A stretch of DNA of 52,462 nucleotides from Candidatus Levyibacteriota bacterium (GCA_027459725.1 DAIDHK010000009.1:1-52462), one strand, 5' to 3'; counted from the first letter of the stretch, positions 37,945 through 47,846 are shown. The notes: generated by a model not told the origin, from the letters alone. A program made the numbers and translations.

Positions 37945-40488
37945 ATGGAAAGTAATTTTCAATCAACTGGTTTTAATAAAGAAGAAAGAAACAGTATTTT
38001 AAAAAAACTAAATTTAAGCTTAAAACATTTGAGAGAATACATTATAAGTGAGCTCAAAATAGGCAAAATTGCTGAAAAATTTTCAGCAAAAAGTAGGTCA
38101 AAATGGTATAATACACCCAACATGGTCGATTTTGCTCCCCGCCGGCATCGACGGGTTAAACACTTATTTCATATTCCCAGTTTTCTTTCACTTTCTAATC
38201 TTAATTTTTGGAGTGTGGTGGTTAGACTTATCTTCATAGGGCTAATGTTAATGATTATTGTAGTCCCCCTTACTTTCTGGTATTTTAGCCGTGATTTACC
38301 ATCACCAGGTACATTAGTAAATGCAAAATATGGAGATGCTACTAGAATTTATGACAGGAATGGAGTATTGCTATATTCGGTTTACCAAAACGAAAATCGT
38401 ACATATGTAAGTTTGCCTGAAATCTCGAAATATATAAAAGAAGGAACAATTGCTATCGAAGATAAAAATTTCTACACCAACGGTGGATTTTCTCCAATTG
38501 GTTATGTTCGTGCTTTATATCATTATATTAAGGGTGATGGATTAGGTGGTGCTTCTACAATCACTCAGCAGTTAGTTAAAAATGTCCTCCTAAATAATCA
38601 GAGAACAATAACACGTAAGATCAGAGAGCTTATTCTGTCCATTCAAGTCAATCAAATGTATTCCAAAGATCAAATATTGGAGATGTATTTGAATAATATT
38701 CCTTATGGTGGTACGGCTATTGGTGTTGAGGCAGCTGCGCAACAATATTTTGGAAAAGATGCAAATGAACTGGATATCGCACAGAGTGCATTTATATCTG
38801 GTTTGCCGCAAAGTCCTTCTACTTATTCACCATTCAGTGGTAATAAATATTACATTCCACGTACCAACGCAGTATTATCTCAGATGTACGCTGACGGTTA
38901 TATTACTCAAAGCCAGCAGGTGGCGGCGGAGAAAGAGATTGCTAACTATCAATTTACTCAACATGTGGGAGGTATAAAAGCACCGCATTTTGTAATGTAT
39001 GTTAAACAACTGTTAGCTAGTCAATTTGGTGAACAAGCAGTGGAGACTGGTGGATTACAAGTCACTACCACACTGGATTATAACATTGAAAAAGAGGTTG
39101 AAGATGATATATCTACAGAATTAGATAAGCTTAAAGGTTATCACGTTACAAATGGGGCTGCTATTGTTACTGATCCCAAAACTGGGGCAATTCTGGCGAT
39201 GGATGGAAGCAAAGATTATTTTGATAACGCTAATGACGGGAATTTCAATGCTGCATTGGCATATCGTCAACCAGGATCATCTTTAAAACCCATTATGTAT
39301 TCTGTTGCTTTCGAGCATGGTTATACTCCTGCTACTCTAGTTATGGATGTTGCGACAGATTTTAAACAGAATGATTCAGAACCAGACTATATTCCTGTTA
39401 ATTATGACAGTAAATATCGAGGACCTATTCAGTTACGTTTTGCATTGGGTAATTCCATTAATGTCCCAGCAGTAAAAATGTTAGCCAGAGTTGGTATTAA
39501 ACCCGTAATGCAGCAAGCTTACAATATGGGTATAACAAATTGGCAACCAACTCAAGCCAATTTGAATAGTGTTGGATATTCATTAGTATTGGGAGGGCGT
39601 GAAACAACCTTATTGCAGGAAGTTACAGCTTATGGAGTATTCGCTAATGCAGGTATTCGTATAGACCCATATGCTATTGAAAAGGTAACTGATGATAAGG
39701 GGAATGTTTTATATCAACATCAGACTACGAGTGGAGAACGTGTATTACCTACTGACGTATGTTTCTTGATCTCTCATATTTTGCTTGATAATAATGCTAG
39801 AATTATGGAGTTCGGACCTTACTCTAAGCTAGTTGTTCCAGGTCATACTGTTTCTGTCAAAACTGGCACTACTGATAATAAAAGGGATAATTGGACCATA
39901 GGTTATACTCCTTCGTATGTAGTGGGAGTTTGGGTTGGTAATAACGATAACTCCCCAATGAATCAGGCAATTGCGTCAGGTATTACAGGTGCAGCTCCAA
40001 TCTGGAATGATATTATGAGTCAGATCTTAAAAGGAAAACCAGATCAACCACCACAAAAACCGTCTGATGTTATTGCCGTCACAATTGATGCATTTGCTGG
40101 CGGTCTACCCCATCCAGGACAACCTACAAGAGTGGAATACTTTATAAAAGGAACAGAGCCGAAAGCACAATCTCCTGTCTATGAAACAAAAGATGGGAAA
40201 AATTATGTCGTTTTTAAAGAATCAGATCCAATTTCTACGGATGGCAAGAATCGTTGGCAGGATGGTATTAATGCTTGGATACAACAGAATCATAAAAATG
40301 ATCAGTTGTGGAATCCTCCCGCAGATTTAGTAAACTCGACAGCAGATACTACTACATGGGCTCCTGCAAGTCAGACACCGAATCAAGTAACTTCTAGTCC
40401 ACAAACACCTACACCCACGCCATCGTCTAATAATCCAACTCCTACACCAGAGCCTACGGATACTCCTGTACCAACGCCAACACCTTAG
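37945..40488 (+). CDS. Class A penicillin-binding protein (PBP1A family)
   Basis: TM; transglycosylase EDKNF, GASTITQQLVKN, RKIRE; transpeptidase SSLK, SIN, KTG; Pro/Thr-rich tail. Confidence 0.95.
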   Translation: MESNFQSTGFNKEERNSILKKLNLSLKHLREYIISELKIGKIAEKFSAKSRSKWYNTPNMVDFAPRRHRRVKHLFHIPSFLSLSNLNFWSVVVRLIFIGLMLMIIVVPLTFWYFSRDLPSPGTLVNAKYGDATRIYDRNGVLLYSVYQNENRTYVSLPEISKYIKEGTIAIEDKNFYTNGGFSPIGYVRALYHYIKGDGLGGASTITQQLVKNVLLNNQRTITRKIRELILSIQVNQMYSKDQILEMYLNNIPYGGTAIGVEAAAQQYFGKDANELDIAQSAFISGLPQSPSTYSPFSGNKYYIPRTNAVLSQMYADGYITQSQQVAAEKEIANYQFTQHVGGIKAPHFVMYVKQLLASQFGEQAVETGGLQVTTTLDYNIEKEVEDDISTELDKLKGYHVTNGAAIVTDPKTGAILAMDGSKDYFDNANDGNFNAALAYRQPGSSLKPIMYSVAFEHGYTPATLVMDVATDFKQNDSEPDYIPVNYDSKYRGPIQLRFALGNSINVPAVKMLARVGIKPVMQQAYNMGITNWQPTQANLNSVGYSLVLGGRETTLLQEVTAYGVFANAGIRIDPYAIEKVTDDKGNVLYQHQTTSGERVLPTDVCFLISHILLDNNARIMEFGPYSKLVVPGHTVSVKTGTTDNKRDNWTIGYTPSYVVGVWVGNNDNSPMNQAIASGITGAAPIWNDIMSQILKGKPDQPPQKPSDVIAVTIDAFAGGLPHPGQPTRVEYFIKGTEPKAQSPVYETKDGKNYVVFKESDPISTDGKNRWQDGINAWIQQNHKNDQLWNPPADLVNSTADTTTWAPASQTPNQVTSSPQTPTPTPSSNNPTPTPEPTDTPVPTPTP

Positions 40489-40614
40489 TAGTTAGTTAGG
40501 TAATTATTTGTCTTATAGATATTTAGAAGAATAGTCAGGAATTGTTGATTTCGTTGAGTCAATTATTTCATTCTAATGTTGAGTATGGTTGTTTATGGAA
40601 GTATTATTGCGATA

Positions 40615-42576
40615 TTATTTTTCGTGAATCTGCCACTTTCTTTTGAGGACAGATATTATCTTTTCATGTACTGTTTTGACATCTTCCTGAGTTAAATTCT
40701 TTTCAATGTTTTGATATATAACATGAAAAGTTCTAGTACTCTCAAAGCGGTCGATAAGTTCTACACTAGTTACTAAAGAACTTTGTTTCTTGATCAGATC
40801 AATAACTTCCTGAGTAAGTATATCTCCAGAAATGACTAATGAGATATCTTCTAGCACTGGAGGGAACTTGCTGGGTGAATTATAGGTTTTTCTCAAGCTA
40901 GCTGTGGCGATTAACTGTTCGAAGTTTACTTCAAAATCTAAAAGATTTTCATCTAGAATTTCTATGACACCATTTTGCTTTCCTGCTATATAAATCATTG
41001 CCCCATCTCCTCCTTGGTCGGAAGGTTTAAATTCATAATTCTTAATACCCATGTCGTTAAATAATTGTTGTAAGTATCCCTTTATAGTGTAGAATGAAAT
41101 ATTTGATTGCTTTATAACCACAGCTAATACTCGTATTTCTTCCGGTAGACTATTCTCTCTCTTGTGATATACGTTGGAAATCTCAAAAATCTTTATTTGA
41201 TCATAACTCTTATTTTCACTTACTACTCTGAGTAAGCTGGGTACCAAAGAATTACGCATATAGACAAATTCCTCATTAAGAGGGTTATCAATGGTGACAG
41301 CTTCATCCAATGGGCCTTCATACAGATTTTCCGGTACCATAGAATAAGTATATGTTTCAGTGAATCCCCAGTATTTGAAGGCATTTTTAACTCTTTGTTC
41401 CCAATAAAATGGATTTTTTTCTTCTTGTACTATTTGTTTAGCGTTCAATAAAGGAAGTTTTACGGGTAGATTATGATAACCATAAACTCGTGCTATTTCT
41501 TCTATAATATCTTCTGGTAATGTAACATCATAAGCTCTTATAGTGGGTACAGTGACATGTAAATTATTATCTTCTTTACGTACATGAAAACCCAATCTAG
41601 TCAAAATATCAATTGATTTATACTCAGGAATATCGACACCAATTATGCTATTAATCTTTTGCAGACTTACTGTGATATGTTTCTCCTCTGACTTGTGGGG
41701 GTAAAGATCGATAACTTGACTGACGACTTTTCCGTCGGCTAATTTTTGATACAGATGAATTCCATATTGTACCGCTATCTCGCATAGATTGGGATCAAGA
41801 TGCTTCTCGTTTAATTGTGCTGCTTCAGTTCTGATTCCTAAGTTCATAGATGTTTTTCGCACTTTGTTTGAATCAATATTGTTTACGAAAAAAACTATGC
41901 GTTTCGTTTGATCTGTCACTACGCTATTTTTAAGTCCCATGATTGCCAAAAGATCGATTATTTCTCCCTTTTTATTCTCGGCTACAATTTCACCCCCGTT
42001 AAGTTTGTATGTTTTATTATCCAAAGTGGTGATTTTTTCACCTAATTTGGCTTCTCTTATGATTAATTCATTGCCACCTAATCTGTCATAATCAAACACA
42101 TGAGTAGGTTGTCCTGTGACCCGCATAACATAATTGGTAATGTCAATTAAATTATTTAAACTGCGAATTTCACTGCTCTCTAGTCTTTCTGAGATATACT
42201 GAGGTGATTTTCCAATTTGTACTTCCATTACTACAGCACATACCCGGTTGACAGCAGGACTTTTGATAGTGATGCTAAGATCAGCTGTATCACTATCTGT
42301 GGATTTCTTGATTTCGGAGGGAATGATTAGAGGCTTATATGTAGCCTCTAATCCATTTTGAGGCAAAACAGCCCCTGCCTCGCGTGCTAATCCATCTACA
42401 CAGGCCAAATCGGGACGATTAGTAGTAACTTCAATATCATAAATAAAATCATCATTTTGTTTCTCCACTCTTTCTATTGAAACACTCGTTAATGAGATCT
42501 GTTTAGCTATTTCCTGTGCTGATGCAGGAGTATGTAAGTATTCTTTTAACCAGGAATCAAGTATTTTAATATTCAT
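40615..42576 (-). CDS. pheT: Phenylalanine--tRNA ligase beta subunit (lacking the OB-fold insert)
   Basis: TTNRPDL, DITNYVM...GQPTHVFD, DIIEEIARVYGY, C-terminal anticodon-binding domain. Confidence 0.96.
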   Translation of the reverse strand: MNIKILDSWLKEYLHTPASAQEIAKQISLTSVSIERVEKQNDDFIYDIEVTTNRPDLACVDGLAREAGAVLPQNGLEATYKPLIIPSEIKKSTDSDTADLSITIKSPAVNRVCAVVMEVQIGKSPQYISERLESSEIRSLNNLIDITNYVMRVTGQPTHVFDYDRLGGNELIIREAKLGEKITTLDNKTYKLNGGEIVAENKKGEIIDLLAIMGLKNSVVTDQTKRIVFFVNNIDSNKVRKTSMNLGIRTEAAQLNEKHLDPNLCEIAVQYGIHLYQKLADGKVVSQVIDLYPHKSEEKHITVSLQKINSIIGVDIPEYKSIDILTRLGFHVRKEDNNLHVTVPTIRAYDVTLPEDIIEEIARVYGYHNLPVKLPLLNAKQIVQEEKNPFYWEQRVKNAFKYWGFTETYTYSMVPENLYEGPLDEAVTIDNPLNEEFVYMRNSLVPSLLRVVSENKSYDQIKIFEISNVYHKRENSLPEEIRVLAVVIKQSNISFYTIKGYLQQLFNDMGIKNYEFKPSDQGGDGAMIYIAGKQNGVIEILDENLLDFEVNFEQLIATASLRKTYNSPSKFPPVLEDISLVISGDILTQEVIDLIKKQSSLVTSVELIDRFESTRTFHVIYQNIEKNLTQEDVKTVHEKIISVLKRKWQIHEK

Positions 42577-42580
42577 ATTA

Positions 42581-43615
42581 TTAGAACTGCTCCAGAAAAT
42601 TTAGGTTATTACTATATAATGTACGTAAATCGTCGAGTTGCAGACCTTCGCTCATCATTAATACTCTCTCAACACCAAAACCAGATGCAAAACCTGAATA
42701 TTCATCGGGATCAATATTACATGTTCGTAGAACATTAGGATGTACCATACCGGCACCTCCTAATTCCAACCATCCAGATTTACAAAGTTTACATCCTCGT
42801 CCCTCACAAACACCACAAGAAATATCAACCTCAAATGAAGGTTCTGTAAACTGAAAGTGATATGGTCTAATACGTGTAGTACGGTTTACCCCGAAATAGG
42901 ATTTAACAAAGTAATCGAGAGTTCCTCTTAAGTGTACTATAGATATATTCTTGCCAACCACCAGGGTCTCAAATTGATGAAACATCGCAGAATGTGAAAC
43001 ATCGGACTGGCGACGGTAATTTTTTGCAATATTAATCATCTTAATAGGCAATTGTTTGTTCAACATTTCTCTAATTTGTCCATTCGAAGTGTGTGGAGTT
43101 AAAACCACAGGACCATGTTTTGGATCTGGTTTTTGTCTGATGAAAAATGTTTCCCAGTCATCCCGTGCTGGATGATCTTTAGGAAAATTTAATGCTTCAA
43201 AAGCAAACCAGTCAAAGTCAATTTCCGGATAGCGTTCACGAGTAAAACCAATGCTCTCAAAAATATTAGTTATTTCTTCAATGACCTGGGTTACAGGATG
43301 TAGATGTCCGAGTGGTGGAAGTAAAGCTGGGTCTGTGACATCGATATTGTGAGTGACTCTTTGTCGGACTTTCTCACTTAATTTCGCCTCAGTTTCATCG
43401 ATCAGATTTTCAACGATTTGTTTTGTCTCATTGATCTTCTTACCAAATTCTGCTTTTTTTTCTGGAGACAGTTTAGTAATCTCTTTAAATATTTTGGTTA
43501 GTTCTCCACTTCGACCGATAAACTGGAGTTTAATATCGTTTAATTCACTTTTAGTTTTGGCCTCTAAAATTAATGAGATAGCGTTATTTTTAATGCGTAA
43601 TAATTCCTCTTCCAT
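42581..43615 (-). CDS. pheS: Phenylalanine--tRNA ligase alpha subunit
   Basis: GHLHP, HPARD, FHQFE, FQFTEPS, GAGMVHPNV, GFGVER. Confidence 0.97.
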   Translation of the reverse strand: MEEELLRIKNNAISLILEAKTKSELNDIKLQFIGRSGELTKIFKEITKLSPEKKAEFGKKINETKQIVENLIDETEAKLSEKVRQRVTHNIDVTDPALLPPLGHLHPVTQVIEEITNIFESIGFTRERYPEIDFDWFAFEALNFPKDHPARDDWETFFIRQKPDPKHGPVVLTPHTSNGQIREMLNKQLPIKMINIAKNYRRQSDVSHSAMFHQFETLVVGKNISIVHLRGTLDYFVKSYFGVNRTTRIRPYHFQFTEPSFEVDISCGVCEGRGCKLCKSGWLELGGAGMVHPNVLRTCNIDPDEYSGFASGFGVERVLMMSEGLQLDDLRTLYSNNLNFLEQF

Positions 43616-43661
43616 ATTGGTTTATTATAGCTCTATCGGGTTGAGTTAACAATCTATGATT

Positions 43662-44807
43662 CTAAAAATACTTATCAATTTGATTGATACTTACACAATA
43701 ACTTACACGAACATATCTTTCCCCATTTGATCCAAATGCTGTGCCGGGGGTAAGCAAAATATTTTTTTCATGCAAAATATGCATAGAATATTCCTCTGAG
43801 TTTTTAAATTCATCTGGAATTTTTGCCCAGATATATAACGCACCTTGTGGCATGTCAAAAGTTAATCCAAGTTTACTTAGTTTTTCCGCAATAATATCTC
43901 TTCTCTGTTGATAGCTTTCAAGCATTTGTTTTTGCCAGATTAAATCAGTTTGAGTTAATGCATAAGCTCCCAGTTTTTGTAGTGGTAACCACATCCCAGA
44001 ATCCATTTGTGATTTTACTTTCGCCAGACCATCAATAATTTGTTTATTTCCCACACACCAGCCCATACGAAAGCCTGCAAATGAATAAGTCTTGGAGAAA
44101 GAACCAATCTCAATTGCTATCCCTTTTGCACCTTTAACTTGTAAGATACTGGGAGCTTTTTCACTTGAAAATGTAATTTCTGAGTAAGCATTGTCATATA
44201 AGACAAGAAGCTTATGTTTGCGTGCAAAGGTGACTAAATCTTCTAATCCGGTAAGAGTAATTACTTTACCAGTTGGATTAGAAGGGAAATTGACCCACAT
44301 ACATTTAGTTTTGGGTGAAATTAATTTTTCTATCGATTTTAAATCAATTGGAAGATTTTTATCATTTGATAAGTCATAATAGACGACCCTTGCCCCCACC
44401 ATTAATGCTGGATCAGTATAGGCAGGGTAACCTGGATTGGGAACTAGAATTTCATCACCTTCATTAAGTAAGGCCAGGGGTAAATGAGAAATACCCTCTT
44501 TGGCCCCAAGTAAAGGTAACAGCTCATCTGCATTTAATTCAACTTCAAATCGCTTTTGATACCAGTTAATTAAGGCATCTGAGAATTCTTTACATGCCCT
44601 AAAGCCTGGATATAAATGCATTTTACTCTCGTGTAAATATTCTTCCAGCTTATCTAGGTATATTTCACTTGTAGGTACATCAGGAGAGCCAATTCCAAAA
44701 CTAAGTACTTTGCGCCCCGTTTCCTTTTCAACTTTAACTACCTCCCTGGCTATTTTGGCAAAAACGTACTCTGAGAATAAGTTTAATCTGTTTGCAGTAT
44801 TAACCAT
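43662..44807 (-). CDS. PLP-dependent class I/II aminotransferase (probable aromatic/prephenate aminotransferase by context)
   Basis: NFPSNPTG, DNAY, SFSKTYSFAGFRMG, PGTAFG. Confidence 0.88.
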   Translation of the reverse strand: MVNTANRLNLFSEYVFAKIAREVVKVEKETGRKVLSFGIGSPDVPTSEIYLDKLEEYLHESKMHLYPGFRACKEFSDALINWYQKRFEVELNADELLPLLGAKEGISHLPLALLNEGDEILVPNPGYPAYTDPALMVGARVVYYDLSNDKNLPIDLKSIEKLISPKTKCMWVNFPSNPTGKVITLTGLEDLVTFARKHKLLVLYDNAYSEITFSSEKAPSILQVKGAKGIAIEIGSFSKTYSFAGFRMGWCVGNKQIIDGLAKVKSQMDSGMWLPLQKLGAYALTQTDLIWQKQMLESYQQRRDIIAEKLSKLGLTFDMPQGALYIWAKIPDEFKNSEEYSMHILHEKNILLTPGTAFGSNGERYVRVSYCVSINQIDKYF

Positions 44808-44825
44808 TTTGTCTATTATATACTA

Positions 44826-46175
44826 TTAGTGATTTCGTCTTTTGATGAGCATGAAACTTGTAAAATTCTCTGATAAGTCCTGCAGGTTTTCTTCGATTAT
44901 ATTTAAATCATAAAGATCAGCTAACATTTTGCTACCCATTACGGCAATATTTTTATCCAGTTTCTTTTCAGATAGTAGTTTTGCCACCTTAGCATGATCA
45001 ACTAGTTCACCTTTACCAGACACTATTTTCAGATTGGAAAATTTAATCTGTAAATTAGATTTACATTGTGCAAATACCTGAGGATGAGTCATGATGGTTG
45101 TAATTTCTTTTATTTTTGTATCACTACGAATCATTAATGCATGACTAATCTTTATGGCAAATTCTTCAACAATTTGAAAATTGTATTTGGACATCGCATT
45201 TACGCTTTCTCCGACTATCCCGCCAATTGAATTATGAATGGCAAATAATCCAGCATCTATTTCGCCTTTATGCAAAGCTTTTAAGACATTCTCAGATGTA
45301 AATAAATATTTGGTCTTAAATTTATTTATCTGATGACGATTCAGATAATCATGCAAGGCTTCTTCATTAAAACTGCCTTTGCCGCCTTGAATACCCACGG
45401 TTAGCCAACCCCTTTTAACTTGTCTGGGTAGTAATTGGTTATACAGCTTATCATAACTTTTGCCTAGTTTAATTCTCATTTGCCGTGTGTATGGGTTAAA
45501 TTGCTGGAGGTTAAGAAATAACTGTTTGGTATCATGACAAGTTTGGTCTTTTACTTCAAGCAACTTTTGGGTGCCTAGAGAGTCAATTAAAGTAGGCATC
45601 AGTTTGTATTGCTCAAGCAATCTGCCAACAAAATGAGTTAATCCCTGTGAATTTGCCGCTAATTTATCATGTTTTTTTGCTGTCATCTCAACAACCCTCA
45701 AACCTTTAGATTGAAAAAAATCTTTCCATAGGTGGTAGTTTTTATCATCCATACGGAACTTGTCAATAACAATAGGCAAGTTTGTAAATCCGTTTTTGCT
45801 GCTATCTGGCCCAAACATAGGGTGAGTCAACAAAATTTGCTGGCTAGAAGTCTTCAGATGTTTGTTAAATACTTCTTTGGGATGTACTTTCACCGAAAGA
45901 ACATCAATCATGGTTTGGTTGGGTCGAATATGTTTGAGGTGTGACTTAATTACTGCTTCGAATTGATCGATGGGAACAGCATAGAAGATTATATCACTTA
46001 AATATGCCTGCTCAACGGTATTAGCTATAACAGTAGTCTGTTCTAACCCCAGTTTCATACGATCCAACCTAGAACGGTTAAAAATTACGATTTTAAAATC
46101 ATCTTTTAGCAATCTATAAAGTGTTTGTCCAAAACGACCGAAGCCAACAATGGTAATTTCTGTTTTAGTTTTCAT
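44826..46175 (-). CDS. Prephenate/arogenate dehydrogenase - prephenate dehydratase fusion
   Basis: N-terminal TyrA (IVGFGRFG, DVLSVK, HPMFGP, HDKLAANSQGLTH); C-terminal PDT (GIQGGKGSFNEEA, HNSIGG, THPQVFAQC, IQD-like LQDLSENFTSF); no ACT domain. Confidence 0.9.
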   Translation of the reverse strand: MKTKTEITIVGFGRFGQTLYRLLKDDFKIVIFNRSRLDRMKLGLEQTTVIANTVEQAYLSDIIFYAVPIDQFEAVIKSHLKHIRPNQTMIDVLSVKVHPKEVFNKHLKTSSQQILLTHPMFGPDSSKNGFTNLPIVIDKFRMDDKNYHLWKDFFQSKGLRVVEMTAKKHDKLAANSQGLTHFVGRLLEQYKLMPTLIDSLGTQKLLEVKDQTCHDTKQLFLNLQQFNPYTRQMRIKLGKSYDKLYNQLLPRQVKRGWLTVGIQGGKGSFNEEALHDYLNRHQINKFKTKYLFTSENVLKALHKGEIDAGLFAIHNSIGGIVGESVNAMSKYNFQIVEEFAIKISHALMIRSDTKIKEITTIMTHPQVFAQCKSNLQIKFSNLKIVSGKGELVDHAKVAKLLSEKKLDKNIAVMGSKMLADLYDLNIIEENLQDLSENFTSFMLIKRRNH

Positions 46176-46176
46176 G

Positions 46177-46437
46177 CTACCTTTCCTTTTCAACAGCTAT
46201 GTCATGTAATAAATTGTAAACTTTAGTAACAACATTTGATGTAAGGCCAAACTTTAAACCAATATTTAATCGGTGTTTCAATGCTTGCTGTTTACGCGTG
46301 GTATCTATGACAGGAGTGCCTGTTTGTTTTTTTATTTTACCAATTTTTTCAACAATAGATAATCGCTTGGCGACAAGCTTGAGTATTTCTACATCGATAG
46401 TATCAATTTCTTGACGTAATTGAATCAGAGTTTTCAT
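46177..46437 (-). CDS. Chorismate mutase (AroQ type)
   Basis: LRQEIDTIDVEILKLVAKR...IGKIK...DTTR. Confidence 0.88.
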   Translation of the reverse strand: MKTLIQLRQEIDTIDVEILKLVAKRLSIVEKIGKIKKQTGTPVIDTTRKQQALKHRLNIGLKFGLTSNVVTKVYNLLHDIAVEKER

Positions 46438-46493
46438 AATTTATATTACCTTTTGTCCCCTAGCTGATAGTTAGGGGAGAAAAAACAACACAG

Positions 46494-46688
46494 TTATCGT
46501 CTTATAACTACGTAGTCGCTTGATGGTTGTATATTATCCATATTTCTAACAGGTCTACCTGACCGTAAAGATAAAGGTCTAATTGCTGTTGCAGGCCCGA
46601 AGTCCATTCCGGCATCATTTGTTGCTACTCCAATTTGTTTTCCATCTTTAAATATTGGATTAATTACAGTTAATTCTATTCTTGACAT
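46494..46688 (-). CDS. Hypothetical 64-aa protein
   Basis: Co-oriented within the operon, preceded by strong SD GGAGGTGA. Confidence 0.6.
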   Translation of the reverse strand: MSRIELTVINPIFKDGKQIGVATNDAGMDFGPATAIRPLSLRSGRPVRNMDNIQPSSDYVVIRR

Positions 46689-46731
46689 ATAAACTCACCT
46701 CCCTTCATATCCCCTCATATAGGGTCTTACT

Positions 46732-47670
46732 TTATGCACTCATGTAAAAATCATGAGTTTGTCTATCTCTTGCGTTTAAGTTACGGAATGCAGAGAGTTC
46801 ATTGACTAAATCTCTTAATTCATCAAGTGTAATATGTTGTTTGGTATCGGTTTGTGAGTCACCAGCTTCAATCAAAATACCATCATATAAGAAACCCGAG
46901 CCTTCTCGCATTTTCATAGCCTCGACGGTGGTTTTAATGATATCATCTCGCAAGTCAGGTCCCAGACTATGACTAGGGTCAAAGAACAATCTATGTTGAG
47001 TTTTTTGTTTGACCCTGCGTGCGATTTCATGAACTAATGCACTACGGAATCTCCCTTTTTCAGGTACTTCCACTCCACGATGTATTAGTGCAACTCTGTT
47101 TTCCATTAGAGGAGCAAAGGTAGTCAAGCCTTTCCAAGTTTTTTCCAAAGGTGTTTGTGTTCCCGTAGGATTATTAGCATTATCTAAAGACGTTCCTAAA
47201 GTTTTGCCATTTTTAATACCTAGGTACCAGCCATACTTGTGTGCAACTCTTGACATTTGTCCAATTTGAAAACCTAATTGCATGACTGCCGGATTCCAGA
47301 ATAATCCTTTTCCATCAGGGAGTATACCTGCATACCAGTTCATCTGTATCTCTGGTAACATAACCTCACAAGCTACGACTAATCCCGTTTTTTTTACTAC
47401 GTCTCTGGCAAAAGCCACACTAGGAGGTAAATAGTCCAAACTTCCTTCTTGGGCTTTAATTAAGGCGGGGTAGTCTATACCCATCCCTTCACCAGTTTCA
47501 CTGTTTTCAGTGCGCGACTTGACACCCACTACCCTAGTCCCCCAGATGGCTGGACGGCCGTCAGGCGAGAGAATATCTCCTATTTGATGTATCTGGTGGA
47601 TATTTTGTGTATCCACTGAACACGGGCCAGCGATAATTGTTAGTTTGTTTGATGGTAATTCTTTGTTCAT
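46732..47670 (-). CDS. Divergent class I (I-beta-like) DAHP synthase family protein
   Basis: IIAGPCSVD, KSRT (KPRT-like), IKNG, IHRG, FDPSHSLG, GILIE, D..Q; no regulatory domain. Start ATG 47670. Confidence 0.8.
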   Translation of the reverse strand: MNKELPSNKLTIIAGPCSVDTQNIHQIHQIGDILSPDGRPAIWGTRVVGVKSRTENSETGEGMGIDYPALIKAQEGSLDYLPPSVAFARDVVKKTGLVVACEVMLPEIQMNWYAGILPDGKGLFWNPAVMQLGFQIGQMSRVAHKYGWYLGIKNGKTLGTSLDNANNPTGTQTPLEKTWKGLTTFAPLMENRVALIHRGVEVPEKGRFRSALVHEIARRVKQKTQHRLFFDPSHSLGPDLRDDIIKTTVEAMKMREGSGFLYDGILIEAGDSQTDTKQHITLDELRDLVNELSAFRNLNARDRQTHDFYMSA

Positions 47671-47683
47671 ATGTTCATCCCAC

Positions 47684-47708
47684 AAAAAAACCTCCCTTTT
47701 GGGAGGCT
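47684..47708 (-). terminator. Attenuator terminator hairpin
   Basis: mRNA AGCCUCCC-AAAA-GGGAGGUU with a U7 tract ending 13 nt before the DAHP synthase ATG. Confidence 0.88.
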
Positions 47709-47745
47709 AGTAAAGCTTTTAGCTTCTGGTCTTTAATTTAGACCA

Positions 47746-47811
47746 CTACTTTGCCTCCCGGGTTGGGAAGTAAAAGTAAAACCAAAAAACATTTTGAATT
47801 CTTGAGTTCAT
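47746..47811 (-). CDS. Aromatic amino acid attenuator leader peptide (21 aa)
   Basis: Hand translation MNSRIQNVFWFYFYFPTREAK*: seven consecutive Phe/Trp/Tyr codons upstream of antiterminator/terminator and aromatic biosynthesis genes. Confidence 0.88.
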   Translation of the reverse strand: MNSRIQNVFWFYFYFPTREAK

Positions 47812-47817
47812 ATAAGT

Positions 47818-47846
47818 AATATATTACTTTGTCTTGACATTGTCAA
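47818..47846 (-). promoter_or_regulatory. Sigma70-type promoter for the leader, embedded in the 3' end of rplT
   Basis: Minus strand TTGACA (47846-47841), 17 nt, TATATT (47823-47818), 6 nt, ATG 47811. Confidence 0.7.

Noticed and set aside
40370-40488. Repetitive ACACC/CCAAC-like DNA as a tandem repeat or CRISPR
   Set aside because: It encodes the Pro/Thr-rich tail of the PBP; no repeat-spacer periodicity and no cas genes in the window.
43662-44807. Calling the aminotransferase LL-diaminopimelate aminotransferase (dapL)
   Set aside because: Family-level similarity only; context favours an aromatic role, so no symbol is given.
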